From contig CAWCDG010000003.1 of NCBI GenBank assembly GCA_963794325.1, positions 32,001 through 96,000 on the forward strand: a stretch of 64,000 nt of DNA, in the 5' to 3' direction. Positions 42,161 to 52,501 of this stretch are shown in pieces. The number at the start of each line of letters is the position of its first letter. Positions within the stretch are counted from its first letter, which is position 1. Both the position numbers and the translations under genes were made by a program. This stretch comes from an uncultured delta proteobacterium (GTDB lineage: Bacteria; Desulfobacterota; Binatia; Binatales; Binataceae). Below the pieces are notes generated by a model that saw only the letters and a list, made by a program, of their open reading frames with translations, did not search any database and was not told the DNA's origin.

Positions 42161-42979
42161 CTACGGCCGTTCCCCGTTACGGATGCGCGCCTCGATCGCA
42201 TCGATTGCCCGCTCGCAATCATCGACCCCATCGATCACTTCATGCGCGCCCGCCGCGGACAGAGCCGCTCGCGCACTCTTGAGCCGGCTCGCTCGTTCTG
42301 CTGCCGCGAGCGCGCCGAAATCCTCCGCCGACAACCCGATCATGTTGCCGGTGCGCGCGACGCCGATCGTCCACACACCCGCGCGCAATCCTTCCTCGAT
42401 ATCGACCGGAGTGTCGCCGATCTTCACGATGGCCTCGAGCGGCTCGACCTTCATCCGGATGGCATTCGTGTAGATCATCCATGGATACGGGCGTCCGGCA
42501 CCGACGTCATCCGGCGTGATCGCGGATTCAGGCGCGTAGCCCTGCGCAGCGGCGGGTTGCAGGATCATCTCGAGCATCGCGCGCGTGTATCCGGTCGTGC
42601 TGCCGATCTTGATTCCACGTTTGCGAAGACGCGCGACAGTCTCCGCGACTCCATCGATCACGGTCGAGTATTTCACGAGGCATTCGATCTGCCGCGGCAC
42701 AAAGTTCGCGAACAGACTCTCGACATCCGCCTCGGTCGGCTCGTGCCCAACGGCTTTGGCCCACCGACCCGAGACGCTTTCGCTGAAAAGAATCTTTCTG
42801 ATGTGATCGATCTTCAGCACGCCCATGTCGCGACGCGCTTCCTCTTCCGAAATTGGAACACCGCGCTTCGCAAACACTTCCTGCAGAACGCGCACCGGCG
42901 CGAGGCTGCCGTGATCGACCGTCGTCCCCGCCCAATCGAGAATCACCGCCCTCACCGGCCCCGAATACGGCTGCTTCAT
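42161..42979 (-). CDS. phnX: Phosphonoacetaldehyde hydrolase
   Basis: DWAGTTVDHGSLAP, MGVLKIDHIR (Schiff-base Lys), STTGY, GRPYPWM, KIGDT. Confidence 0.93.
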   Translation of the reverse strand: MKQPYSGPVRAVILDWAGTTVDHGSLAPVRVLQEVFAKRGVPISEEEARRDMGVLKIDHIRKILFSESVSGRWAKAVGHEPTEADVESLFANFVPRQIECLVKYSTVIDGVAETVARLRKRGIKIGSTTGYTRAMLEMILQPAAAQGYAPESAITPDDVGAGRPYPWMIYTNAIRMKVEPLEAIVKIGDTPVDIEEGLRAGVWTIGVARTGNMIGLSAEDFGALAAAERASRLKSARAALSAAGAHEVIDGVDDCERAIDAIEARIRNGERP

Positions 42980-44121
42980 TATATGTGCATCTCGTCGATC
43001 ATCTGTTCGGCCAGGCCGAACGACAACGTCATGCCGGATCCGCCGACCGCGGTGACGATGCGCACTCCGGACGCGGCATCGATCGCCACCCACGGCTTGT
43101 CGGGATGCTTAGCGTACACGCCGTACCATCGCTCCGCGATTGAGAGATCCGGCGCAATCAAAAACTCGCGCACGTTTTTCATCACGAGCTCATCGATTTC
43201 AGTTTTGTTGAAAATATCGACCGCCAGACCGTACTCATGCGAATCGCCTAGCGTCAGCGCGCCGTCCGCGGTCTGCGACACCAGCGTATGAATCGCGAAG
43301 CGATCGTAGTCGGCCAGCTCGCGCGCGACCCGCTCCTTATATTTCGGCAAGGTCTGTGTGCAGATTTCAAACGCTGGATAGAAGCGCAGGGTGAGACCGG
43401 CCGCGAGCGCAGGGCCCAGCTCCCATCCAGCTTCCTGCGGCGCTGTGCGCATCATCTGTAGTTTGCACCGATCGATCCCGCTAGCCGCAAATAATTCTGG
43501 AAAGAGAGTCTCGAAATCATCGCCGCCGCAAACCACCGCCTGCTCCGCGTCCCAGATTTCCGATCCAGCTTCGATGCGCGGTAACTGGATCGATTTCACC
43601 ACCGTGCCGAAGCGGAATTGAACCCCGAATTTTTCTGCGAGATACGCCGGCAGCTTCGCAAGTATCTGCCGCGGATCGACGGTGAGTTCAGTAGGACTCC
43701 AGATACCGCCGAGCAGTCCTTTCGGATTGACCGACTGACTCTTCTTCAAAACTTCGGCAGGCGAAAGCCATGCGCAGTTGTAGCCGAGCACGGGTGCGCG
43801 CTCCACGAACTCCTGCGCAACGTCCGCTTCATCCTGATGATAAACGACGTGCATCGATCCAGTCGGACGATACGGCAATCCCGCCGCGTCGAGGATCTCA
43901 TTCCAGATTTGACGACTCCGCATCGCCATCTGATGCACGACGCCTGCGCGTTGCCCAATCGGCCAGATCATCCCGAAGTTGCGCACCGACGCGCCCTGCG
44001 CGCGAGGCGTGCGCTCGAACACGACCACCTTGCGCCCGCGCTTCGCCGCGAAGTACGCATGCGCAAGGCCCAGGATTCCGGCCCCGACAATCGCCACGTC
44101 CGCTTTTCGATTCGTGCTCAT
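42979..44121 (-). CDS. FAD-dependent oxidoreductase, TIGR03364-like (phosphonate-associated)
   Basis: GAGILG, GASVRNFG, CKLQMMRT, GDSHEYG, ERWYGVY; stop overlaps the phnX start. Confidence 0.85.
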   Translation of the reverse strand: MSTNRKADVAIVGAGILGLAHAYFAAKRGRKVVVFERTPRAQGASVRNFGMIWPIGQRAGVVHQMAMRSRQIWNEILDAAGLPYRPTGSMHVVYHQDEADVAQEFVERAPVLGYNCAWLSPAEVLKKSQSVNPKGLLGGIWSPTELTVDPRQILAKLPAYLAEKFGVQFRFGTVVKSIQLPRIEAGSEIWDAEQAVVCGGDDFETLFPELFAASGIDRCKLQMMRTAPQEAGWELGPALAAGLTLRFYPAFEICTQTLPKYKERVARELADYDRFAIHTLVSQTADGALTLGDSHEYGLAVDIFNKTEIDELVMKNVREFLIAPDLSIAERWYGVYAKHPDKPWVAIDAASGVRIVTAVGGSGMTLSFGLAEQMIDEMHI

Positions 44122-44158
44122 CGCAGCCTCACAGCAATAGCATTTGACGCGAAGCTGG

Positions 44159-45820
44159 TCAGCGCCCGCTCGATACGGTCCGGGTCTTCGCTGGTCGAGC
44201 GGCCTGCCAGCATGCCTGCGCGCCGTGACAGATTCGGAGTGCGTTCACCGCATCATGCAGCGATGCTTTGGCGCTTGGCGACAGCGTCGAGAACGAGTTC
44301 CGCAGCTCGTACGGATCGCTTGCGTAGTCATGATACTCGCGAGTCCCGTCATCGTATTCGACATAAAGAGAATCGCGCGCGCGGATCGCCTCGTAGCTCG
44401 GCGGGTTGCCGCTGCGCTTGGCAGGAACGTCAGGGTCATTGTCGTCCTCCAACTCATTCAACGGCCCATGATGCTCGATCAGCGCCAGCGTGCGCCACGT
44501 TGGAACGTGCTCCCCGCGGAGCAGCGGCACCAGGCTGCGTCCATCGACTGTCGCCGGAACTCCGGCCCTGGCGATCTCGGCAAAGGTCGCGCAGAGATCG
44601 GTGTTCTCGACGACCTCATTGATAACCTGCGCCGGCGCGACTCCCGGTCCGGTGACTATCAGCGGTACATGGATGTCGGTGTCGAAGGCGGTCGTTTTGC
44701 CCGGCATCAGGCGATGCTCGCCCATGTGGATGCCGTTGTCGGAGCTGAAAACAAGGTAAGTGTTTTTCTCTTCGCCGGCCGCCGCAAGCGCGGCCTCCAG
44801 ATCGCCGATCATCTTGTCGATTGCGAGCACCGATCGGGCGCGCATGCGGAATTTTCTATTGATCGAAATCATGTCCGACTCGGAAAGCGGCGGGAACCTC
44901 GCCAGCCAACTGGCCGCATTGGCGTCGGGAGCGGCATTAAACGCCGGGTTGCGCGGCGCAACCAGTTCCGGGAACGCGCGCGCATCGCGCGGAGCGGGAA
45001 TATAAGGCGCGTGGGGCGCAAAGGTGGCAATCTCGATGAAGAACGGCGCTGTCCTGCGATTTCTGGATGAATTTGATCGCGATGTGCGCGAGCACGTCAG
45101 TCATATAGTCGCTGCGTCTCTTGCCGTGGAAAACACCTTGCCGTTCTCGTTCAGCAAGTACTTGAACCCGCCATAGCCGTAGCCGGCGACATCCCATTCA
45201 TTCCAACCTGCCGCAGGACCGTTGATGCTCGGATGGTAGCCGTTCAAATATTTTCCGAGCATCGCGGTCCGGTAGCCATCGCGCTGAAGCGCTACTGCGA
45301 ATGTGTTCGTCTCGTTACCGTGAGCGTTGAACGCGCCGTAGCCGCCATCAGGTTCGACGTTGCGAAATACGCCGGTGTTGTGCGGGAACTCGCCGGTGAA
45401 AATCGACGATCGCGACGGGCAGCATAGCGAGTCCGTGACGAAGTAATTCGTAAAGGAGGTCCCGTTTCGCTCCATCGCCAGAACGTGCGGCATAAACTGC
45501 AGCAGGTTGAGTGAGAGATCGTCGGTCAGCACAAAGATGATATTCGGACTTCCCATCGGCGATGGGTGCGCGGCCGGAACTATCCTGAGCGGCCCCGGCG
45601 GATCGCCGGCCGAGGCGCGCGCTTTTTTTACGATGATGTGATCGTGCGTTTTGCACGACAGAAAAAGAAAAATTGCGGACAGCGCAATCAGGAGGCGCAG
45701 CCATTCTCGCGGTAAAAATTTCTTTGGGTGCGCCGACAGAAGCAACAGGCCCCCTTCATATGGAGCAGCCGCCCATCTGGATTCGCCGTCGGAACGAAAA
45801 ACGAAAATCCTCGCGGGCAT
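44159..45820 (-). pseudogene. Sulfatase (GlcNAc-6-sulfatase-like) with two compensating frameshifts
   Basis: CCPSRSSIFTG, GKYLN, APHAP, SDNG; frame shifts near 45130 and 45050. Confidence 0.8.
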
Positions 45821-45947
45821 GAATTGCCGGCTGCGCTTATAATGACGCTCGGATCGCGGCGAAGGTTACAGATCATTAAGAGTCTCTACTGTCGCGTCCC
45901 AGAAATATCTTTCAAATGGTTCGGTTCGTTCTGGAACACGCGCCCAG

Positions 45948-46074
45948 CCATCCTCCCCCCACCGACCCTGAGAGCGAAAGGTTGTCCTCAACATTTCGCG
46001 CTTCTCACTTCTCACTTTTCACTTTTCATTGGGTGCAGGGGTCACCCCTGCCGCCCGCCGCGTAGGCGATTAAC
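45948..46074. repeat. Repeat module C with a 7-bp tandem expansion
   Basis: Core identical to 39420-39466; CTT(C/T)TCA x4 at 46001-46028. Confidence 0.8.
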
Positions 46075-46215
46075 TTTCTTGATAGGGCTCCGCTCTTAAA
46101 GATATTTGCGGGACATCGCACTAGCGCCCAGCGCGGAGTAAACGGCGCCGTCGTCAGTGCCCGGACGATGAGCCGCCGTTGAACCTCGCTTCGAGTTGAC
46201 GGTATTAGTTGGTGG

Positions 46216-46899
46216 ATGCGTCGATTCAGCATTAACCTCTGCGCGCTGGCGGCATCGGCGGCGATGCTCGCGATAGTCGCGACCTCGCAGAACGCGCATT
46301 GCACCGACCTCACGACGCCGTCGTTCCTGGTCGCGACGCGCGACTTGCAGGACCCGGCGTTTCAGCACTCGGTAATCCTGATGGTGCCATCGACCGAGCC
46401 GCCGCTGCTCGCCGGCCTGATCATAAACAATCCGGCTAAACAGCGGGTTCGAGATTTGTTCCCGCAAGGACGCGATCTGAAGCGCCCGCAGGATACGATT
46501 TACACCGGCGGCCCGGTCGAGCCCGACCAGGTGTCGGTGATTTTCCGGGCGTCATCGGCGCAAAGCTCCGCCACGCGGGTCTTCGATGACGTTTACGTCG
46601 CGAACGGACGCGACGCGATTGCCGCGGTCTTCAAGGATCCGCGGATCACCGATTTCCGCGTTATTTCAGGAAAGGCGCAGTGGCTTCACGATCAACTGCT
46701 GGGCGAGGTCATGGCCGGCGCCTGGTACGTGATTCCCGCGAAGGCGGATCTGATTTTCAGCGACCCAAAAGACCTTTGGGCGACCCTCGTCAAGGGCGGC
46801 GATCTGCAGGAAGCCCAAGCTGGACAGGCTCTTGAGATGAATTTGCCTTATAGGCTCTTGGATGGTACATACTGGCAGCGTCAAATCTCACCCAATTGA
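46216..46899 (+). CDS. YqgE/AlgH family protein with signal peptide
   Basis: FLVA..DPAFQHSVILM, GLIINNP, GGPV, QL.GE..GAW. Confidence 0.85.
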   Translation: MRRFSINLCALAASAAMLAIVATSQNAHCTDLTTPSFLVATRDLQDPAFQHSVILMVPSTEPPLLAGLIINNPAKQRVRDLFPQGRDLKRPQDTIYTGGPVEPDQVSVIFRASSAQSSATRVFDDVYVANGRDAIAAVFKDPRITDFRVISGKAQWLHDQLLGEVMAGAWYVIPAKADLIFSDPKDLWATLVKGGDLQEAQAGQALEMNLPYRLLDGTYWQRQISPN

Positions 46900-46955
46900 T
46901 TGGGAACGCGGTTGATCCTGCGCTGCGCGAGAAGCACACAAGGGGAACCAGATTC

Positions 46956-47384
46956 ATGGCACGGACCAAGGAACGCAGTTTTGGTCAGGTACTTCGCGAC
47001 CGCCGTCGGCAGTTAGACCTCACCCAGGAAGAAGTCGCGCGCCGGATTAAGACTTCGACCCCTTACATCGGGCATCTCGAATCGGCCAAGCGCCACCCGT
47101 CGGACAAAATCGTCACGCGTCTGGCCGAGGTGCTCGGACTGGATCGGCGGGAGCTATTCTTCCTCGCCAACCCGCGGGCGCATGCACTCCTCAATCCCGA
47201 GCCGCACACAGACGCGAAGTCGGCGTGGGAAAATTTTCGCCAGGATGAGCAGATGCGGCGGGTTCACAACATCACTGCCGACGAGATGGAAATGCTCGAG
47301 CGCGTCGCGCTGCTCGGCGAAGTCCGCTCGCCCCGCGACTTCATCTATATTCTGAACACAGTCCGCCACGCCGTCGGCAGATAG
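46956..47384 (+). CDS. XRE-family HTH regulator
   Basis: FGQVLRDRR..LTQEEVA..YIGHLE..RHPS. Confidence 0.9.
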   Translation: MARTKERSFGQVLRDRRRQLDLTQEEVARRIKTSTPYIGHLESAKRHPSDKIVTRLAEVLGLDRRELFFLANPRAHALLNPEPHTDAKSAWENFRQDEQMRRVHNITADEMEMLERVALLGEVRSPRDFIYILNTVRHAVGR

Positions 47385-47467
47385 CCGGCTCAGATCGTCT
47401 TACGAAACGCGTCGGCCGGCGTCACTCGCATCGCGCCCCACACCGGAATCGCCGCGCTCAGGATGCT
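47373..47467. repeat. 95-bp direct repeat, copy 1
   Basis: 92/95 identical to 48877-48971. Confidence 0.9.
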
Positions 47468-47507
47468 TTTTTTCAGATTCGGCTCGTCGAGCCGAGCAGA
47501 CCGTTCT

Positions 47508-48836
47508 TCATTGAGCTTCCAAAGCTCGCGGAGTCGGCTGCGCTGACGGACTCGTCGCATGCGCTGTCTGGACGCAGCTCGGGTTGCCGAGGTTTGCCTC
47601 CAGGAATTGCTGCGAGGCCGTCCACGAGGAAAATAATAGATCATCTCCGTCGAGGTGGTCCGCGCCACTCACAAGATGCAACTGGACACTGCCGTCCGAT
47701 TTCCGCAACGCTTGTTCCATTTCTTCAGCCTGCTCGGGCAGTACGTTCGTGTCGGCATCCCCCTGAATCAAAAGCACCGGCGCTTTAATCCGGCTAGCCA
47801 CGTTAACTGGCGAGGGGCTCTTGAGGTCGGACCGGCATTCTTTTGGAGGCCAATCATACCAAGGCGATTGGGCGTTCGCGCTAACCAAATCGGTCGGCCC
47901 GTCATACGAGACGATTGCCTTGACGCGATGGCTGCGCGCACCGGTAAGCAATGCAACTTGGCCGCCGAACGATCCCCCCATCACCCCAATACGGTCGGGA
48001 TCAACACCGGGCTGCGAGGCGAGCCATTCGATCATTTGTGTTGTATCAGCTGATTGGCTGAGCCCGCAGTCGATCTGACCGCCGCCCCACCCGCGCATTA
48101 ATGGCAGCAGTACGACGTAGCCATGCTCCGCTAACAGCTGCGCTTCAAGTTCCAGCCCAGTTACCGCATCTCCCTTGTCGCGCCAGCTGGTGGGGTTCAA
48201 GGAGTCGAGAAGAAAGCTCACGACCAGCAGCGGATAGTGGAGGAAAAACCCCACGTCCAAAAGCGGATCGCGCAGCGCTTCGTGCCAGGTGGGATTCCAG
48301 CCGTGGAGTAGAACGATTGCCGGTTCATGCTGGGTGCCGCATCCACGCGGCCGATAGAGAGTCGCCGGGAGCATAAGCCCGTCAGTGCCCGGCACCTTCA
48401 CTTGCTGCGAATCAGCGCCCGCCAGCAGGTAATAAACTATGGACTCGATTTTTTTATCGGCGTCGAAAGTAACGAAGTACATCGATGAATCTTCGTTTGG
48501 CTGCGCATAGCATTCATCCAGGAACTTTGATCTGAACCCCGACAACAAATACGGCTGAACAAAATAAATGTAATAGATATCTCCGTCTTCCTTCATGGCA
48601 ACATTCGGTTTGCCGACTTTGCGTAAAAGTTCGTCGCTAGACTCGCCCACCACAAGGTCCTTGCCGATCGAAGGTGGATAAGACGCACGACACATCGTCG
48701 GCAGAGCGCCTTTGCGGTTGATGAACTCAACTTGAGAGCAGCCCGCCCCGCAGAAAATCGCTAAGCCGATCAGGAGAAGACGCATCGTGAGCGCGAAGAA
48801 CTTGTTCGCTCTGGAGAAATCGACCGTCAGCTGCAT
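47508..48836 (-). CDS. Lipoprotein S9-like alpha/beta hydrolase
   Basis: GAGC lipobox, LLHGW, GGSFGG, QGDADTNV, GADH. Confidence 0.85.
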   Translation of the reverse strand: MQLTVDFSRANKFFALTMRLLLIGLAIFCGAGCSQVEFINRKGALPTMCRASYPPSIGKDLVVGESSDELLRKVGKPNVAMKEDGDIYYIYFVQPYLLSGFRSKFLDECYAQPNEDSSMYFVTFDADKKIESIVYYLLAGADSQQVKVPGTDGLMLPATLYRPRGCGTQHEPAIVLLHGWNPTWHEALRDPLLDVGFFLHYPLLVVSFLLDSLNPTSWRDKGDAVTGLELEAQLLAEHGYVVLLPLMRGWGGGQIDCGLSQSADTTQMIEWLASQPGVDPDRIGVMGGSFGGQVALLTGARSHRVKAIVSYDGPTDLVSANAQSPWYDWPPKECRSDLKSPSPVNVASRIKAPVLLIQGDADTNVLPEQAEEMEQALRKSDGSVQLHLVSGADHLDGDDLLFSSWTASQQFLEANLGNPSCVQTAHATSPSAQPTPRALEAQ

Positions 48837-48876
48837 GCTCAGCGGCTATCCTGATGCGCCATCACTCTCCAAGACA

Positions 48877-48971
48877 GTCGGCAGATAGCCGGTTCAGATC
48901 GTCTTGCGAAACGCGTCGGCCGGCGTCACTCGCATCGCGCCCCATACCGGAATCGCCGCGCTCAGGATGCT
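48877..48971. repeat. 95-bp direct repeat, copy 2
   Basis: Contains the 3' end of the ABC permease and the last 12 nt of the XRE gene. Confidence 0.9.
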
Positions 48972-50055
48972 GATCACGATCGCGGCTGCCAGCGCTTCCA
49001 GCGCCGCGCCGTAAGTTACCGTCAGATAGCCCGCGCTTTCGAGCACCGCGCGCAGCGTCGTCCCGCTGCCGAATTGCCACAGCGCCACGAGCGCATCCGA
49101 GTGCGCCGCCCACCGTGCCGATCAGCGCGCATTCGCCGAACAGAATTCGCGCGACGTACGGCTGATTGAATCCGAGCGCACGCAACACCGCCACGTCGCG
49201 GAGTCGCTCGCGCACCATCATCGACATCGCGTTGGCGGCAATCAGAAAAATCGTCAGCGCAATCACCGCGGAGACCGCCGAGACGATGCCGCGGATGTCC
49301 CCGACCGTGGACAGCAGGCCGGAGACCGCCTCGCTTTCGGTCATCGATGCGGTCTCGAAATCCGAGTTGTGAAAATTGCGGTCGATTTCATGAATGACCG
49401 ATGGAACATGGCTGGCGGTATCCACTCGGGTCACTAAAAAACCCGCCGGATGCTTTTCTTCGGGGATTCCGATCGCTTTTTCCGCTTCGACCAGGTAGTC
49501 GCGCCGGAACATGAAAAAATTTGGATAGTTGTCCGCCGGTATCTCGCCGACCATCGTGAATTTTATGTCGAGCCGATTGGAATCGCCGCGCAGCGTGACC
49601 ACGTCGCCGACTTTCCAGCCATGCTTGCGCATCAGCAGGCGTCCCGCAACCGCGGCGCTGCGATTTTTGTTGAACTGCTCGATCACCTGCGGCGAAAGAT
49701 TGTAGTCGGGATACATCTGCGCGACTTTGTCCGCGTCCAGCGCAAACGCCTGCACGGTTTCCGACGCATTCTGATACTTCGCGCGCAGCACCACCATCGG
49801 GTTGCATACCACGACGCCGGGAATTTTCTCGATCTCTCTGCAATCGCGCGCCGGCACGCCAATGTAACGCCCGTCGGCGTTGTAGGAATACACCCGCAGC
49901 GTCTCCGCCGTCTTTTTGAGAATCATGTCGATCGAGCTGGGAATCGCCGCGAGCACCGTGAAGATGAAGGTCGCGACCGCGAACGTGAGCATCGTCAGAA
50001 TCGCGCGCCGGGGCTGGCGGATTACGTAGCGGAAGACTAGTCGAACAGATTGCAT
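48894..50055 (-). CDS. FtsX/MacB-type ABC permease, frameshifted near 49095
   Basis: ANAMSMMVRERLRDVAVLRALGF; hydrophobic C-terminus continues in the 48894-49088 frame. Confidence 0.85.
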
Positions 50056-50059
50056 CGGC

Positions 50060-51229
50060 TCAGGCCTCGCGCAACGACTCGAGAATCGGAAGATTTGCCG
50101 CGCGCCACGCCGGCATCAGCCCGCCCGCAATTCCAATCAGCAGCGCCACGATGATTCCGCCGATGAGCGCGCTCATCGAAAACGCCGACGAAAACACCAC
50201 CGTGCCGACGCTCATCAGCCGCTGATCGAGGCCGGCCGCCAGCCCCAAAAATATCGCCATCAGATCGCCGGCCACGCCGCCGGCCACCGCGAGAATTATG
50301 CTCTCGACCATAAAGCTGGTCAGCACCGATCCGCGGCTGAAGCCCAACGTGCGCAACACTCCTATCTCGCGCGTGCGGCGAGCAACCGCCGCATACATCG
50401 TATTCATGCCACCGAACGCCGCGCCCGTGCCGACGATCAGGCCGACGATCAGCACCAGCGCGCGCAGCCGATCCGCGACCTTGGCCTGCTCCGCGAAAAA
50501 ATCCTGCTCGCTGATCACATCGACAGTCAGTCGCGCATCTTCGGTGAGCGCGTTTCGAAAAGTCTCCTCGGTCCCCGGCTTCAGCACCACGTGAAACGAC
50601 GAATAGCCATTCTCGAACCGCGCATCCTGCTGCAGCACGTCGATGTCGGTCCAGAATTCCGATTCGAGCGCGCTGCCGCGATCGGAGAACACTCCGACGA
50701 TCGTCCACGTGCGCCGCCCGTACTTGAACGTCGTGCCCACGCCCAGCTCGGGAAATCGCGCCGCTTGCTTCTGTCCAATCGCCATCTCGTCGCGGCCAGG
50801 CTCCGGCCATCGACCCGCCACCAGCTTGAGTCCGCGACGCATCCGAAATGCGATCGCCGACACGCCGCGTAACGACGCCGGCCTGAACTGAACCGCAGGC
50901 CGTTTTATCGCCGCATTGAACGGCACCACCATCTCGGGAGAAAAGAGCGCAGCGCCCGAAGCGTCGGTCGCTATCTCGGGACGCGTCCGCAGGACGTCCG
51001 CCTCCTCGCGCGGGATGTAGCTCTCGCCCTCCGACACGGTGCCGCGGCTGAGAACAATCCAATGCCCCGGCTCTCCCGCCAGCTCGAGGCTCTGCCGCAG
51101 GCCGCCGACGAAGCTGAGCAAAATCACGACCACCATCACCACCAGCGCTATCCCAAGCGCGGTCATCAGCGACGTCGTCCGCCGGACCATCAGGCTCCGA
51201 AGGTTGTATGTTATCGGGATTACAGCCAT
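50060..51229 (-). CDS. FtsX/MacB-type ABC permease
   Basis: YNLRSL, NTMYAAVARRTREIGVLRTLGF, GGLMPAWRA. Confidence 0.92.
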   Translation of the reverse strand: MAVIPITYNLRSLMVRRTTSLMTALGIALVVMVVVILLSFVGGLRQSLELAGEPGHWIVLSRGTVSEGESYIPREEADVLRTRPEIATDASGAALFSPEMVVPFNAAIKRPAVQFRPASLRGVSAIAFRMRRGLKLVAGRWPEPGRDEMAIGQKQAARFPELGVGTTFKYGRRTWTIVGVFSDRGSALESEFWTDIDVLQQDARFENGYSSFHVVLKPGTEETFRNALTEDARLTVDVISEQDFFAEQAKVADRLRALVLIVGLIVGTGAAFGGMNTMYAAVARRTREIGVLRTLGFSRGSVLTSFMVESIILAVAGGVAGDLMAIFLGLAAGLDQRLMSVGTVVFSSAFSMSALIGGIIVALLIGIAGGLMPAWRAANLPILESLREA

Positions 51230-51401
51230 TCACGACCGAGTGAAAACGTCGAAATCCGCCGCCGGACGCGATCCATCTCGGTGCTGGCTGTCATTCGATC
51301 GGTTCGCCCCCGGCGCAACTCTACAAGTCTCAACCCGCAGTGTGCAAACGGTTGAGCCGGCCGGCGATTAACAGAAGGTTGATATCGGCAGTCTCAGATC
51401 A

Positions 51402-52439
51402 TCAAATTGTCGCCTCCGCGACGCGTGCGATTCGCGATCGACTCTCAGCGCGGTCTTTGCGGCTATTCGACGGCGTGCGGCCCACCGATTCCTCGAGCAC
51501 GCCCCAGTACGTGCGCGTCACGTGAGCGCCCTCGCGATACCCCGGCTTCGACATCAGGATCGCGTGCAGCTCGGGCAGCCGATAGAAAGGCACGCTGGGG
51601 AAAAAGTGATGCTCGATGTGGTAGTTGACGTTCTTCGGCGCGAGAAAAATCTTCTCGTACCAGGTCGGTTGAGTTGTTCGCGTCCGCGGGTAAGCGCTGC
51701 CCGGTTCGTCGATCGCGTGATGCTCGGCGATACTGCGGATGCGCATGATCATCACCAGCCACGTGAACATCGGGACTACCCAGTACAGCGCGAAACCCTC
51801 CAGCGCGCCGGCGTACGCAATGACGCCGAGCGCCGCCGCGTAGAATCCGTACCGCGCGACCAGAAACCCCCGCGGCACCGAGTCCGCCGACGCCACCGAA
51901 GCCGCCAGCTTGAGCATCGCCGGCGCGTTCAATCCGGTCGCGTCACGGAACAGCGTCTTCGCCAGGTTGGGCACGGTCTGCGGAAACACCCACACCGGAT
52001 CGCCCGCCCTACGCTTCAAGTCGGGATCCTGCGCGGTGTTGAGAAATTTATGATGTGCGAAATGATTCTTGCGATACTGCCGCGCTGTAACCAGATGCGG
52101 CCACGCGAGGATCACCTCCGACATCCAGTCGTTGAGCCGCCGGTTTCGCAGCAGCCGGTAATGCACCCCGTCATGCATCAGCACCAGCAGCGCATGCTGC
52201 CGCGATCCGATGAACGCGACCGCGAACACGTACAACATCGGATGCCAAAATCGCTGGCACAGATAGATTGTCGCTGCGATCAATGCCCACTCCGCGCCGA
52301 CGTGCATGCAGGCGAGCCACGGCTTGACGGTGGACAGCTCGGTCAGTTCTTCTTTCGTCAGTTTGACCGGAATATTCGCGCCGATATCGCCGAGGCGTCC
52401 CGATTCCGATACTGGCTCTGTTGATGTTCTGTAATTCAT
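51402..52439 (-). CDS. Membrane fatty acid desaturase family protein
   Basis: His boxes HDGVH, HFAHH, HIEHH and AEH; start set at MNYR. Confidence 0.92.
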   Translation of the reverse strand: MNYRTSTEPVSESGRLGDIGANIPVKLTKEELTELSTVKPWLACMHVGAEWALIAATIYLCQRFWHPMLYVFAVAFIGSRQHALLVLMHDGVHYRLLRNRRLNDWMSEVILAWPHLVTARQYRKNHFAHHKFLNTAQDPDLKRRAGDPVWVFPQTVPNLAKTLFRDATGLNAPAMLKLAASVASADSVPRGFLVARYGFYAAALGVIAYAGALEGFALYWVVPMFTWLVMIMRIRSIAEHHAIDEPGSAYPRTRTTQPTWYEKIFLAPKNVNYHIEHHFFPSVPFYRLPELHAILMSKPGYREGAHVTRTYWGVLEESVGRTPSNSRKDRAESRSRIARVAEATI

Positions 52440-52501
52440 TCTCCCCTCACGCGTACTGATTGGACGAATCCGATTCAGTCGCTCTGCCAGAATTGCCGCC
52501 A

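Noticed and set aside
47390-47668. 92-aa ORF ending like the permease
   Set aside because: A by-product of the 95-bp duplication.
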